Below, piece after piece: positions 11,643-21,110 of a stretch of DNA of 64,000 bases; positions within the stretch are counted from its first letter, which is position 1, and every line of letters begins with the position of its first letter. The DNA is from Gammaproteobacteria bacterium (GTDB lineage Bacteria > Pseudomonadota > Gammaproteobacteria > Eutrophobiales > Eutrophobiaceae), in contig OZ000552.1 in NCBI GenBank assembly GCA_963923955.1, forward strand, positions 870,271-934,270. Direction: 5' to 3'. A program made the translations under genes and the position numbers. The notes beneath the pieces are model-generated. The model did no database searches, was not told where the DNA came from, and saw only the letters and a program-made list of their open reading frames with translations.

Positions 11643-12898
11643 TTTTTCAAAACCAGAATGTGGTCGTCGTTTATGCGCTCTTTGCGCGGCACCTTGATAA
11701 AATGGTTGATGATTCCTGAAACAAAACAATATTCCACTTTATAGCCGAGCATCTGTGCCGCTTCTTGTAAATATCGCCAATTTTCAAACTGGATTCCGCG
11801 CACAAGATTATTACCAATCACTACAACATAACGGCTGCCCGGTTTCAGCACCCGATAAACCTCGCGCATGTTTTGAATCATATCCTTGATGTATTTTGTG
11901 GCGATAAAAGCCCGTCTGCGGTCTGTTTTATAAATCTGGCTTATAACATCGTCCGCAGTTTTCAAGCCCGTCAAATGAAGGCTTGCATAATCGCGCGCCT
12001 TGACAACCTCCGTGCCCACATGCATGCTTTTAAGCGCTTGCAGTGAGCCGGACGCCAGGCCAAGCCAGTAAATTTCCAACTGATGAGTGCGCGGATAATC
12101 CACGGCGTTTAAGTAGGGCGGGGAAGTCACAGCCAGGTCAATACTCCCATCGCCGATGCCCGCCAAATTGCGCGCATCAGCGTTGGCAGGGATAAGCACT
12201 TCCACCATGTTGCGGGACGCCAACTCTATCATGTTATCAACTTGCGTCTCGGCACGTTTCAGAAATAAACGGATGGCATCGCCTCGTCTTACTTGCTTGC
12301 CGAGTTTTTTGCGGATAACTGTCCGGGTACAATTATTATCCGCTTCACTCACCGAGCGAATCACTGATGAGAAAATAACCAGAAAAAAATCTTTGACTGC
12401 GCGGCTTGCATCCAGCATTTCAATCGTGTTTTTAAGAAAGCCCAACTCCTTTAGCATAAAGGGCTGAAACCAGTTATCGCGGTAGGGGAACTCTGGGGCG
12501 CCTTCCAGATCGGTGGGTTCCTGGTATTGCCCCGACTTGTGTCGGATCGTTGTATGCGCTTGGGTTACTTGCTGTGCTGGCAACGGGGTGGTCTTTACCT
12601 TAGCAATAAAACGGGAAAACGGGTCAACATCAACGCCAATGCTCTTGCGGCCGAGCAGGGATGCTTCAAGATTGGTGGTTGCGCTGCCCATGAATGGGTC
12701 AAGCACAAGCGCGCCGGGCTGTGAATAGCGCTCAATAATCCAGCGCGGCAATTCAGGAAAGAACTTGGCAGGGTATTTATGTATGCCATGTGTAAAGGCT
12801 CTTTGGTCCTTGCTGATAAATAAAAACCTCTTGCCGTTCCTGATAGGCAAGTCGGCCGGAATATTGCCTTCAATTCTGATTGCTTGTGCCGGATTCAA
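11639..12898 (-). CDS. DNA amino-methyltransferase (N6-adenine or N4-cytosine, PF01555-like) with permuted motif order
   Basis: N-terminal AdoMet module HGIHKYPAKF...VLDPFMGSATT (motifs X and I), catalytic motif IV TSPPY about 200 aa downstream, then a VLKPGSRYVVV-type motif. TTG start preceded by AAGGA; AT-rich. Confidence 0.8.
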   Translation of the reverse strand: MNPAQAIRIEGNIPADLPIRNGKRFLFISKDQRAFTHGIHKYPAKFFPELPRWIIERYSQPGALVLDPFMGSATTNLEASLLGRKSIGVDVDPFSRFIAKVKTTPLPAQQVTQAHTTIRHKSGQYQEPTDLEGAPEFPYRDNWFQPFMLKELGFLKNTIEMLDASRAVKDFFLVIFSSVIRSVSEADNNCTRTVIRKKLGKQVRRGDAIRLFLKRAETQVDNMIELASRNMVEVLIPANADARNLAGIGDGSIDLAVTSPPYLNAVDYPRTHQLEIYWLGLASGSLQALKSMHVGTEVVKARDYASLHLTGLKTADDVISQIYKTDRRRAFIATKYIKDMIQNMREVYRVLKPGSRYVVVIGNNLVRGIQFENWRYLQEAAQMLGYKVEYCFVSGIINHFIKVPRKERINDDHILVLKK

Positions 12899-12988
12899 TT
12901 TATTAATTCCTTAAATAGTAATTGCCCTGCCCGCCGTTGCGATGATGCTCGCATTTTGTCGCGGCATTGTGCCGCCTTTCTGTCATGC

Positions 12989-13017
12989 AATGTATGAAAA
13001 AGCGCGCAGTTTTGTCA
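12989..13017 (-). promoter_or_regulatory. Candidate sigma-70 promoter of the R-M cassette, with an adjacent GCGGCA-ttg-TGCCGC inverted repeat (12961-12975)
   Basis: mRNA-sense TTGACA-N17-ATACAT; a 6 bp inverted repeat lies just downstream of the -10. Confidence 0.3.
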
Positions 13018-13145
13018 AGACGTAAGGCCGCTTAAGGCTTCTGCAACGGCAAATGGAGGTTTTCAAGGTTTCATATTTTCCTTATATAATGCCTTGACCT
13101 TTGCGTCCCTGAAAATCCGACCCTAAATTTGGCAAAACACCAAGC

Positions 13146-14813
13146 ATGCTAAAGCAGTTATCGATACGAAATTTCGCGGTTATTGAGGAACTTGAGTTGC
13201 ACCTTGCCGCCGGCATGACGGTCTTGACCGGGGAGACCGGCGCCGGCAAATCCATCCTGATCGATGCGCTCGGCCTGGTTCTTGGTGACCGGGCGGACAG
13301 TGCCGTTATTCGCAGCGATGCCAAACAGACCGAGATCACGGCGATATTCCACATAGCAGGAAACAAACCCGTTGCCGATCTGTTAGAAGATCAGGCAATC
13401 GACGTGGAGGAGGACGAGCTCATTATCCGGCGCATCGTCAGCCGCGATGGCCGCTCACGCGGCTACGTAAACAGCGCACCGGTGGCCGCCCAACTCTTGC
13501 GTGAGATTGGAGAGCATCTGGTTGATATCCACGGCCAACACGCCCATCAATCCCTGCTAAAACGCGATGTGCAGCGCGGCCTGTTGGATGCATACGGGAA
13601 CTACGCCGGGCAATTAAGCGCAGTCTTTAGGCCTTACCAGGATTGGCATAGCGCAAGCGCTGAATTAGACACACTGCCTGCTAATGAAAAGGAACATCGT
13701 GCGCAGCTGAGTTTACTGGAATATCAGGTACAGGAACTTGAGCAACTCGCCCCGCAGGCCGATGAGTACCGGGCACTGGAAGCGGAATACAAACGCCTGG
13801 ACAATGCCGGCCGCCTGCTGGGCACGGCACAGGCCGCATTGAATACGCTGAGCGAGGAGGAGCACTCCCTGGATGCACGCTTAAATTATGTCCTGAAGGA
13901 TCTTTCTGCCTTGCAGAAGATCGATCCGGAACTAAGCGCAGCCGGCGAGTTGCTGGAGACCGCCCGCATACAGCTGAGCGAGGCGAGTGAGGAGCTGCGT
14001 CATTACCGGGAGAAGGTCGAGCCGCAACCTGAGCGTCTGGCAGAGGTGGAAAAGCGCTTACATAACCTGCATGACATTGCGCGCAAACACCATATCCAGC
14101 CACAGCAACTACCCGAACAGCTACAGGAGCTCAGCGCACAATTACGTGACTTGCTAAACAGCCGGAGGCGTCTTGCTGAACTCAAAGACCGGCAGGCAAA
14201 TGCCCTGGATGACTATACAAGGGCGGCTGAAGACTTGCACAACAGCCGCACCGGGGCGGCGGATAAAATGGCGCAGGCAATCACTAAGCAGCTGCAAACG
14301 CTGGGCATGCCGGACGGGCGCTTCGAGATACAAGTGACAAGACAGAACGGGCACAAGCCGCAGGCCCACGGCGATGACCAGATCGAATTCCTGGTAAGCA
14401 CCAACGCCGGACAGGCACCAAAGCCATTGCGCAAGGTCGCCTCCGGCGGCGAGCTTTCCCGCATCAGCCTGGCCATACAGGTCATCGCCAGCCACGACAA
14501 GGGCATCCCGGCCATGGTCTTTGATGAAGTGGATGCCGGCATAGGCGGCGGCGTTGCGGAGATCGTGGGGAGGCTGCTGCACCGGCTCGCTGAACAGCGG
14601 CAGGTCTTATGCGTCACGCACTTGGCCCAGGTTGCCTCCCAGGCCGACCAACACCTACAGGTGGGAAAATCTTCTGATAAAAAGACGACACAGACTCAAG
14701 TGCTTGCATTGGATGAGTCTGATCGCATTGAAGAGATCGCCAGGATGCTGGGCGGCATAAACATATCGAAACAGAGCCTGGAACATGCAAAGGAAATGTT
14801 GAAGCTGCACTGA
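13146..14813 (+). CDS. recN: DNA repair protein RecN
   Basis: MLKQLSIRNFAVIEELELHLAAGMTVLTGETGAGKSILIDAL, long coiled coil, C-terminal signature SGGELSRISLA and DEVDAGIGG. Confidence 0.9.
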   Translation: MLKQLSIRNFAVIEELELHLAAGMTVLTGETGAGKSILIDALGLVLGDRADSAVIRSDAKQTEITAIFHIAGNKPVADLLEDQAIDVEEDELIIRRIVSRDGRSRGYVNSAPVAAQLLREIGEHLVDIHGQHAHQSLLKRDVQRGLLDAYGNYAGQLSAVFRPYQDWHSASAELDTLPANEKEHRAQLSLLEYQVQELEQLAPQADEYRALEAEYKRLDNAGRLLGTAQAALNTLSEEEHSLDARLNYVLKDLSALQKIDPELSAAGELLETARIQLSEASEELRHYREKVEPQPERLAEVEKRLHNLHDIARKHHIQPQQLPEQLQELSAQLRDLLNSRRRLAELKDRQANALDDYTRAAEDLHNSRTGAADKMAQAITKQLQTLGMPDGRFEIQVTRQNGHKPQAHGDDQIEFLVSTNAGQAPKPLRKVASGGELSRISLAIQVIASHDKGIPAMVFDEVDAGIGGGVAEIVGRLLHRLAEQRQVLCVTHLAQVASQADQHLQVGKSSDKKTTQTQVLALDESDRIEEIARMLGGINISKQSLEHAKEMLKLH

Positions 14814-14859
14814 GTCCAGACGGGGCAGCGGGGTCGTTACATAAACGCTGCAAAGTCGT

Positions 14860-15261
14860 TTATTCCTTCGGCTTGACATAGAGAATCAGGCTATGCTCTT
14901 CCAGAGTGTAGCCGTGTTCTTCTGCAATCTGGCGTTGCAGCCGCTCGATCTCTTCATTCTCAAACTCAATCACCTTGCCGGTCTTCAGGCACACCATGTG
15001 GTCATGGTGTCCGCCCCGATCCAGCTCAAACACCGAGTGGCCGGAATCAAAGTTGTGCCGGATTACCAGGCCGGCGGACTCGAACTGGGTCAACACCCGA
15101 TAGACGGTTGCAAGACCGACATCCTCCCCCGCCTCCAATAATAATTTATAGACATCTTCTGCGCTCATGTGCCGCAGCGATGAGGACTCCAGGATGTCCA
15201 GTATGCGTATTCTCGGGAGTGTGGCCTTGAGGCCGACTTTTTTCAGATCTTTTGCTTCCAT
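14860..15261 (-). CDS. fur: Ferric uptake regulator Fur
   Basis: LKKVGLKATLPRIRILDIL...HMSAEDVYKLL...ATVYRVLTQFESAGL, HHDH and CxxC-like metal sites; 133 aa. Confidence 0.9.
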   Translation of the reverse strand: MEAKDLKKVGLKATLPRIRILDILESSSLRHMSAEDVYKLLLEAGEDVGLATVYRVLTQFESAGLVIRHNFDSGHSVFELDRGGHHDHMVCLKTGKVIEFENEEIERLQRQIAEEHGYTLEEHSLILYVKPKE

Positions 15262-15318
15262 CGTCTTTTCTATTTTAGTAAGTGGGCAGCGTATGCTTGC
15301 TTTATCTTTGCGGCCGTA

Positions 15319-15333
15319 GATGATAAATTATAC
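15319..15333. promoter_or_regulatory. Candidate Fur box upstream of fur (autoregulation)
   Basis: GATGATAAATTATAC resembles the GATAATGATAATCATTATC consensus; a second GATAATAAT sits at 15438-15446 next to the bamE start. Confidence 0.3.
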
Positions 15334-15450
15334 CTGAAGGACTGGTAAAAACCACCGCTCTCGACGGCCTTGAAATTCGTAAAAAAATTTACAGCTTTAC
15401 TATGCCCGTCAATAGCTTAGAATGCAGCTTCGATCCGGACTGATAATAAT

Positions 15451-16011
15451 ATGCTGAAATACGCTATCCCTATCCTTTTCCTGCTATGGCTGCTTGGCGG
15501 CTGTACCAACGTCTATGAAGGCGATTTCAAGCTGCCCGGGGTCTATCGCATCGATATTCAGCAGGGCAATGTCATCAACCAGGAGATGCTGGATAAGCTG
15601 AAACCGGGCATGAACCAGAACCAGGTGCGTTTCATCATGGGCACGCCGATCTTGATCGATCCCTTCCATAATGATCGCTGGGATTATGTCTATACCTTTT
15701 CAAAGGGCGGCGGGCAGCGAGAGCAACGCCACATCAGCCTATACTTTGAAGAAGAAGGGCTGGCCTATCTCGATGGTGATGTCGTTACCGGAATTAGAAA
15801 ACCGCCAACGGCCTTCCTGAAAGAGCGCAAGAGTGTCGAAGTGCCGCTTAGGAAAAAGAAAAAACAGGGCATCATCGCTAACCTGCTCAATGCCATGCCC
15901 TTTGTCGGTGATGACGATGAGCTGATCACGCGGCAAAAGACAACAGAGCCCAGGCCGCCAGAGGTAACAGCGCCGGCAGGCGTTGAGCAAGGCGAAGATG
16001 AGCCTTTGTGA
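15451..16011 (+). CDS. bamE: Outer membrane protein assembly factor BamE (SmpA/OmlA)
   Basis: Lipoprotein signal LLGGC, GMNQNQVRFIMGTPILIDPFHNDRWDYVY motif; divergent from fur, as omlA-fur is in Pseudomonas. Confidence 0.8.
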   Translation: MLKYAIPILFLLWLLGGCTNVYEGDFKLPGVYRIDIQQGNVINQEMLDKLKPGMNQNQVRFIMGTPILIDPFHNDRWDYVYTFSKGGGQREQRHISLYFEEEGLAYLDGDVVTGIRKPPTAFLKERKSVEVPLRKKKKQGIIANLLNAMPFVGDDDELITRQKTTEPRPPEVTAPAGVEQGEDEPL

Positions 16012-16066
16012 TCCCGGCACCGGCGCTCATGGCAATGGCCTGGCGGTGACTTAAAATATCTTAAGC

Positions 16067-16100
16067 CAAGTCCGGTACGGACTTGTTTAGGGCTTTCTTA
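16067..16100. terminator. Candidate bidirectional terminator between convergent bamE and the ABC ATPase gene
   Basis: Perfect hairpin CAAGTCCG-gta-CGGACTTG followed by TTTAGGGCTTTCTT. Confidence 0.4.
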
Positions 16101-16104
16101 AATT

Positions 16105-16875
16105 TCATCCAGGCAGGAAATAGCTGCTCCCCCCCTCGCCCTGAAGCTCTTGAATTGGATGCTGATAGAGCAGTTCCAGGTTGTCTTGGTTGATTACCGC
16201 AGCAGCCGGGCCGCAAATAATGTTGTCCGCATCGATCATCAGCATGGCATGGGTACAAAATCGCCGCACCAGGTTGACATCGTGTAACACCATCAGCAGG
16301 CCGCCGTGAATAGCATCGATACGGCTTGTCAGCAGATTCAGCAGCCTAATCTGATGATGCAGATCCAGATGGTTGGTGGGTTCATCAAGCAACCACAGCA
16401 GGGGATTCTGCAGCAGCATCGTAGCGATCGCCAGCCGTCGACGCTCGCCGCCGGATAAGGTATCCACCTGCCGTGCCGCCATGGCATCCAAGGCCACATC
16501 ACGCAAGGCCTGCCTGGCCAATTCCACATCTTCGCGGCTTTCCACGCTCAAGAAAGGAATATGCGGGTGCCGGCCTGCCAGGGCAGTCTCCATGACCGAG
16601 ATGGGAAAGGTGTCACTGCTGTCCTGAAACAGCACACCAAGCATGCAGGCCAGTGGGCGGCGCCGCCACTGCCTTAGCTCGGTCTCCCCGACAAAGATCT
16701 GCCCTTTTTTGTACGCCCGCAGGCCGGCAAGCGTATGCAACAAGCTGGTCTTGCCAATGCCGTTCGCGCCTAAAATTCCCCAGCGCTCTCCACGCTGCAG
16801 GCTAAAATCCAGCTTATTGCACAAAAGACGCCCGCCTATCTCAAGAGTCAAGGATTTAACCCGCAGCAGGCTCAT
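16105..16875 (-). CDS. ABC transporter ATP-binding protein (iron-siderophore/cobalamin FecE/BtuD type)
   Basis: Walker A GANGIGKTSLL, signature LSGGERRRLAIA, Walker B LWLLDEPTNHLD. Start trimmed to MSLLRV, a 4 bp ATGA overlap with the permease; the track ORF N-terminus is an out-of-frame artefact. Confidence 0.85.
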   Translation of the reverse strand: MSLLRVKSLTLEIGGRLLCNKLDFSLQRGERWGILGANGIGKTSLLHTLAGLRAYKKGQIFVGETELRQWRRRPLACMLGVLFQDSSDTFPISVMETALAGRHPHIPFLSVESREDVELARQALRDVALDAMAARQVDTLSGGERRRLAIATMLLQNPLLWLLDEPTNHLDLHHQIRLLNLLTSRIDAIHGGLLMVLHDVNLVRRFCTHAMLMIDADNIICGPAAAVINQDNLELLYQHPIQELQGEGGSSYFLPG

Positions 16876-17900
16876 GGTCGTTGCCGCAGCTGGGTCTTTT
16901 GTAGCAGGAGCAGAAACAGCGGCACGCCCAGCATGGCTGTTAATATGCCCACCGGTAGCTGTTGCGGGGCGATGATAGTGCGCGCCAAGCCATCGGCAAC
17001 AACGAGCAGGCTGCCGCCCAGCAATACCGCTGCGGGCAGGAGCAGGCGATGATCGCTGCCGAACAGCAGGCGCACTATGTGCGGGATGATCAGGCCGATG
17101 AAACCGATGCTGCCGGCCTGCATCACCGCAGTCGCAGTCAGCAGGGAGGACATAAAATAAATCAGATAGCGCAGCTGTACGACAGAGACGCCAAGGGCTG
17201 CGGCCTGTAGCTCGCCCTGCGCCAACAGATTCAGACTGCGCGCAAGGCCAAAGGACAGCAGCAGCGCGAAAAGAACAATGAACACCGTCCAATGAGAATA
17301 ACCGGCATAGCCCAGATCGCCCATCAGCCAGAACAACATGCCGTGCACCTGGCCAGCGGCGCTGAGCGCTAATAAAAAACTGATGATCGCCATCCAGCCG
17401 GCGGCAACCACGATGCCGGTCAGCAGCACACGCAGGGGGTTCCATTGCCCGCCGCTGTGGGATAAGACAAAGACCATGAACATGGACAGCAATGCGCCCG
17501 CTAAGGCGCCTAAGTTTATCCATACGCCGGCCAGACCGATGCTCATTGCCAACAAGGCGAATACGGCGGAGCCGCCGGAGATGCCCAGCACATAGGGTTC
17601 CGCCAGCGGATTGCGCAGCAATACCTGCATCAAGGCACCGGCTAGGGCCAGCATGCCGCCGACCAGGAAGCCGGTCAGCGCGCGCGGCAGGCGTATCTCT
17701 AACACTATCTGCTCTTCCAGTCCCTGTGCGCCTGCTATCAGGGCGCGGCCTACCTGTAACAAGCTAATGTCAATGCTGCCAACCGACAGGGCGTAGCCCA
17801 GAGCAAAGACGGCCAATACACATAGAGCGGAGAGGATCAGGCCGATCCTGTGCAGGGACAGGGGCAGGGATTCTGGGGAGTCTGGGGCTGAGGGGCGCAT
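16872..17900 (-). CDS. FecCD-family ABC permease (BtuC/FhuB/HmuU-like)
   Basis: 342 aa polytopic membrane protein with FecCD pattern (LTGFLVGGMLALAGALMQ, NPLAEPYVLGISGG). Confidence 0.85.
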   Translation of the reverse strand: MRPSAPDSPESLPLSLHRIGLILSALCVLAVFALGYALSVGSIDISLLQVGRALIAGAQGLEEQIVLEIRLPRALTGFLVGGMLALAGALMQVLLRNPLAEPYVLGISGGSAVFALLAMSIGLAGVWINLGALAGALLSMFMVFVLSHSGGQWNPLRVLLTGIVVAAGWMAIISFLLALSAAGQVHGMLFWLMGDLGYAGYSHWTVFIVLFALLLSFGLARSLNLLAQGELQAAALGVSVVQLRYLIYFMSSLLTATAVMQAGSIGFIGLIIPHIVRLLFGSDHRLLLPAAVLLGGSLLVVADGLARTIIAPQQLPVGILTAMLGVPLFLLLLQKTQLRQRP

Positions 17901-17906
17901 GGATTT

Positions 17907-18227
17907 TTATCCGACTTTTTTCCTGGCCGCGCGCCGGCGCCTGGACTCCTTTGGGTCAAGCAACAGGGGGCGATAGATCTCCACCCGGTCATGATCATGC
18001 AGCACGGTGTCCAGCACCTGTAGCCGGCTGAAGATCCCGACCCTGTTCTTCCCCAGCTCGATCTCAGGATATTTTTTTAAGATGCCTGAATGCTGAATGG
18101 CATCGCCTATGGTGGCGCCTTTATTCAGTGCAAGCGATGCACAATGTATGTCTTTCACGCCGGCATAGACCAGTTCAATCCGGATCGTGCCGCCGGCCTG
18201 TTCACGGCCCATAGAGCTGCTCGGCAC
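17907..18227 (-). CDS. ratB: RnfH-family ubiquitin-like protein (RatB/YfjF homologue)
   Basis: IRIELVYAG ... GKNRVGIFSR ... DHDRVEIYRPLLLDPKESRRRR aligns with E. coli YfjF. Confidence 0.7.
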   Translation of the reverse strand: MPSSSMGREQAGGTIRIELVYAGVKDIHCASLALNKGATIGDAIQHSGILKKYPEIELGKNRVGIFSRLQVLDTVLHDHDRVEIYRPLLLDPKESRRRRAARKKVG

Positions 18228-18636
18228 GTTGGGTGAAGGCGGCGATGAGTGAATGCATAATGCGATTAAATATTTTATTCAATGCCAGTTTAAGCAATCT
18301 GCTTTCGAACTCGAAGTGCATCTGCAGTGAGATGCGGCAGCTTCGCTCACCAGCCGCCTCAAACTGCCAATGGCCGTTCAAGTGCTTAAAGGGGCCGCTT
18401 AACAGGCGTAGCTCAATGCGCCTGCCCGGCTGCATGGTGTTCTCGGTCGTGAAGCTCTGCCTGATTTTCCCTACTGCCAATGATATGGATGCGCGCAGTC
18501 TGTCCTCGTCCCGCTCAAGCACCTTCGCCGCGCTGCACCAGGGCAGATAGTCGGGATAGGCCTCAACATCATTAACGAGGGCGTACATCTGCTCACTGCT
18601 AAAGGGCACGACCGCGCTCTTCTCAATCACTGCCAC
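18202..18636 (-). CDS. ratA: SRPBCC-family ribosome-association toxin RatA (YfjG homologue)
   Basis: VVPFSSEQMYALVNDVEAYPDYLPWC ... LSGPFKHLNGHWQF ... FEFESRLLKLALNKIF aligns with E. coli RatA. Confidence 0.75.
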   Translation of the reverse strand: MAVIEKSAVVPFSSEQMYALVNDVEAYPDYLPWCSAAKVLERDEDRLRASISLAVGKIRQSFTTENTMQPGRRIELRLLSGPFKHLNGHWQFEAAGERSCRISLQMHFEFESRLLKLALNKIFNRIMHSLIAAFTQRAEQLYGP

Positions 18637-18691
18637 GGCTCTATCCTTAGCCTCCTTAAGAGCCGCGGATAAAAGCGGATATTAAAACCTT

Positions 18692-20074
18692 CTAAAGCAG
18701 GCCCAGTGCCTGGAGAAAGATCAGAATAACGCCTGTCGGCGCAATAAACCGGAGAGTAAATCGCCATACCTTGTAAAAGCGCATACTCTGCTTTAGCTCA
18801 TCAAAAGAGGATTCCTGCGACATCGCCCAGGCAGTAAAGATCGCGATCAGTATCCCGCCCAATGGCAACATGATGCTGGCCGTTAATAGATCAAAAATAT
18901 CAAACAGGCCGTTACTCTTCTCTTGGCCAACGAAGCTGAACGAGAAGGCCCATTTATTGAACGACAAGACCGTGCACATGCCCAGCACCCAGGCGGCAAC
19001 GCCGGCATAAGCAGTCGCCTTTACCCGGCTCAGCCCGCGATTTTCCACCAGCCAGGCCACCGGCGGCTCCAGCAGGGAGATCGCCGAGGTCCAGGCGGCA
19101 AACATCAGCAGAAAGAAGAACAAGGTGCCGAAGATTATCCCGCCCGGCATCTGGCCAAAGGCAACAGGCAGGGCGACAAAGATAAGCCCCGGGCCTGCGG
19201 ACGGCTCCATGCCGTAGGTGAAGATAATGGGGAAAATGGCAATGCCGGCGAGTATAGCCACCAGGCAATCGGCAAAGGCAATGGTGGCTGCGGTGTGCGG
19301 GATGGAGGCCTTGTCCGAGAGATAAGAGCCGTACATGATGATGGTGCCCATGCCTAAGCTCAGGCTGAAAAAGGCCTGCCCCAGAGCGCTGAGTAAGACG
19401 CTGCGAAAATCCTCACGCAATACTGTGAAGTCAGGCTTAAATAAATACGCTAGGCCGTCCATGAACTTCTCGGTGCTCATGGCATAGCCGACCATGAGCA
19501 ACAGCAGGAAAAACAGGGCCGGCATGAGATAGCGCACCGCCTGTTCCAGCCCGCTCTTCACCCCGCGCGAGACGACAATAATCGTCATCATCATAAAGAT
19601 GGTATGCCAGGCCAGCAGCCTTTCCGGATCATTGATGAGGGTGGCAAATATCTCGCCCACCTGCTCGGCACTCGCCCCGCTGAACATGCCGGAACCGGCA
19701 CGAAAGATGTACGCCAGCGTCCAGCCGGCGATGACGCTGTAATACGACAGGATCAAAAAGCCGGCCGCCATCCCCATCCAGCCAATGACCTGCCATAGCT
19801 GGCTTTGGCCTTCTTCTTCCGCCAGCGACCGCATCGTGTTGATCGGGCTTTGGCGGCCGCGCCGACCCAACAGCACCTCCGCCATCAGGATAGGAATCCC
19901 GACCAGCACGACACAGGCAAAATACAGCAGCACAAAGGCGCCGCCGCCGCTCTCCCCGGCCACATAAGGAAAGCGCCAGATATTGCCAAGCCCGACCGCC
20001 GAGCCGGTGGCCGCCAGAATGAAGGCCCAACGGGAAGACCATTGGCCGTGGATCGATGTTCGTTTGCTTGCCAT
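18692..20074 (-). CDS. Sodium-dependent transporter, NSS (SNF) family
   Basis: WSSRWAFILAATGSAVGLGNIWRFPY motif, about 12 TM segments, 460 aa. Confidence 0.85.
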   Translation of the reverse strand: MASKRTSIHGQWSSRWAFILAATGSAVGLGNIWRFPYVAGESGGGAFVLLYFACVVLVGIPILMAEVLLGRRGRQSPINTMRSLAEEEGQSQLWQVIGWMGMAAGFLILSYYSVIAGWTLAYIFRAGSGMFSGASAEQVGEIFATLINDPERLLAWHTIFMMMTIIVVSRGVKSGLEQAVRYLMPALFFLLLLMVGYAMSTEKFMDGLAYLFKPDFTVLREDFRSVLLSALGQAFFSLSLGMGTIIMYGSYLSDKASIPHTAATIAFADCLVAILAGIAIFPIIFTYGMEPSAGPGLIFVALPVAFGQMPGGIIFGTLFFFLLMFAAWTSAISLLEPPVAWLVENRGLSRVKATAYAGVAAWVLGMCTVLSFNKWAFSFSFVGQEKSNGLFDIFDLLTASIMLPLGGILIAIFTAWAMSQESSFDELKQSMRFYKVWRFTLRFIAPTGVILIFLQALGLL

Positions 20075-20190
20075 GAGCGTACCCCTGATTTTTCCCTGCC
20101 ATTTTGCGGGAATTCTGCCATTGGCACAACCTTGTTCGTATTCGCCCCGTGCGGACCTGGGCAGGTGCTCTTGCTGCTATAATCCAAGAC

Positions 20191-20664
20191 ATGGCAAAGA
20201 CCAAGAACAAGTCCACCGGCAACACCATCGCGCTCAATAAAAAGGCCCGGCATGACTATTTCATCGAAGAGCGCTTTGAAGCCGGGATTGCCCTGCAAGG
20301 CTGGGAGGTCAAGAGCCTGCGCGCCGGCCGCCTGCAGATCAGGGACAGCTATGTCCTGATAAAAGACCACGAAGCCTATCTCTTCGGCGCCCTGATCACA
20401 CCGCTGCCGACCGCCTCCACCCACATAAAACCAGAGCCGCAGCGCACCAGAAAACTGCTGCTGCACCGAAGAGAACTGGACAAGCTCGCCGGGGCCGTTG
20501 AGCGCCGCGGCTATGCCGTCATCCCGATGAGCATGTACTGGAAACAGGGCCGGGCAAAGCTCGGCATCGGTCTTGCAAAAGGCAAAAAATCTCACGACAA
20601 ACGGGAAAGCGAGAAGGCGCGCGACTGGCAACGACAAAAACAGCGCATCTTAAAGAGCCGCTAA
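20191..20664 (+). CDS. smpB: SsrA-binding protein SmpB
   Basis: [34 protein letters not shown]; start trimmed to MAKTKNK (ATG 20191) with a TATAAT at 20178-20183. Confidence 0.9.
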   Translation: MAKTKNKSTGNTIALNKKARHDYFIEERFEAGIALQGWEVKSLRAGRLQIRDSYVLIKDHEAYLFGALITPLPTASTHIKPEPQRTRKLLLHRRELDKLAGAVERRGYAVIPMSMYWKQGRAKLGIGLAKGKKSHDKRESEKARDWQRQKQRILKSR

Positions 20665-20744
20665 GGCACTTTTGATCCTTGCCATTGTCATAGGCTAACT
20701 GCTAGACTGGCGGCCGTTTGGTTAAGCAATTTAGCGTAAAACCC

Positions 20745-21105
20745 GGGGGCGTGTCTGGCTTCGACGCGAGTATCAAAACCCAAGGGGCATGCCGAGGTGC
20801 AGACTACCTCGTTAATCCATCTGCAAACTCATAGTTGCCAACGACGACAACTACGCACTCGCCGCTTAAATCCCGGTAGGGTGCCGTCTGACCGCAGTGT
20901 GCTTGTACGCGTGGAGCCAGGCGTCGACTCATACAAGCTCGCGATGAAACCTGTCCGGGGTGGATTCGTTAAAGCGTAACGGAATCGTTGTTTGTCTTCC
21001 CTGCCGTTCGGGTAGCACACAATTAAATAAATTGAGCCGGCTAAGCATGTAGAACCGAAGGCAGAGAGCTTGCGGACGCGGGTTCAACTCCCGCCGCCTC
21101 CACCA
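20745..21105 (+). ncRNA. ssrA: Transfer-messenger RNA (tmRNA, ssrA), tag peptide ANDDNYALAA
   Basis: 5' GGGGGCGUGUCUGGCUUCGACG..., 3' ...GGACGCGGGUUCAACUCCCGCCGCCUCCACCA, G3:U acceptor pair, tag ORF GCCAACGACGACAACTACGCACTCGCCGCTTAA; immediately downstream of smpB. Confidence 0.92.
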
Positions 21106-21110
21106 AATAA

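Noticed and set aside
13021-13145. LexA (SOS) box upstream of recN
   Set aside because: No CTGT-N8-ACAG or other recognisable LexA dyad found; only a TATAAT -10-like hexamer at 13085-13090
16876-17523. N-terminal 216 aa of the 472 aa track ORF 16105-17523
   Set aside because: Out-of-frame read-through across the permease gene; the real ATPase starts at MSLLRV (16875), overlapping the permease stop
20797-21020. Short ORFs 20797-20979 (+) and 20829-21020 (-)
   Set aside because: They lie inside the tmRNA gene
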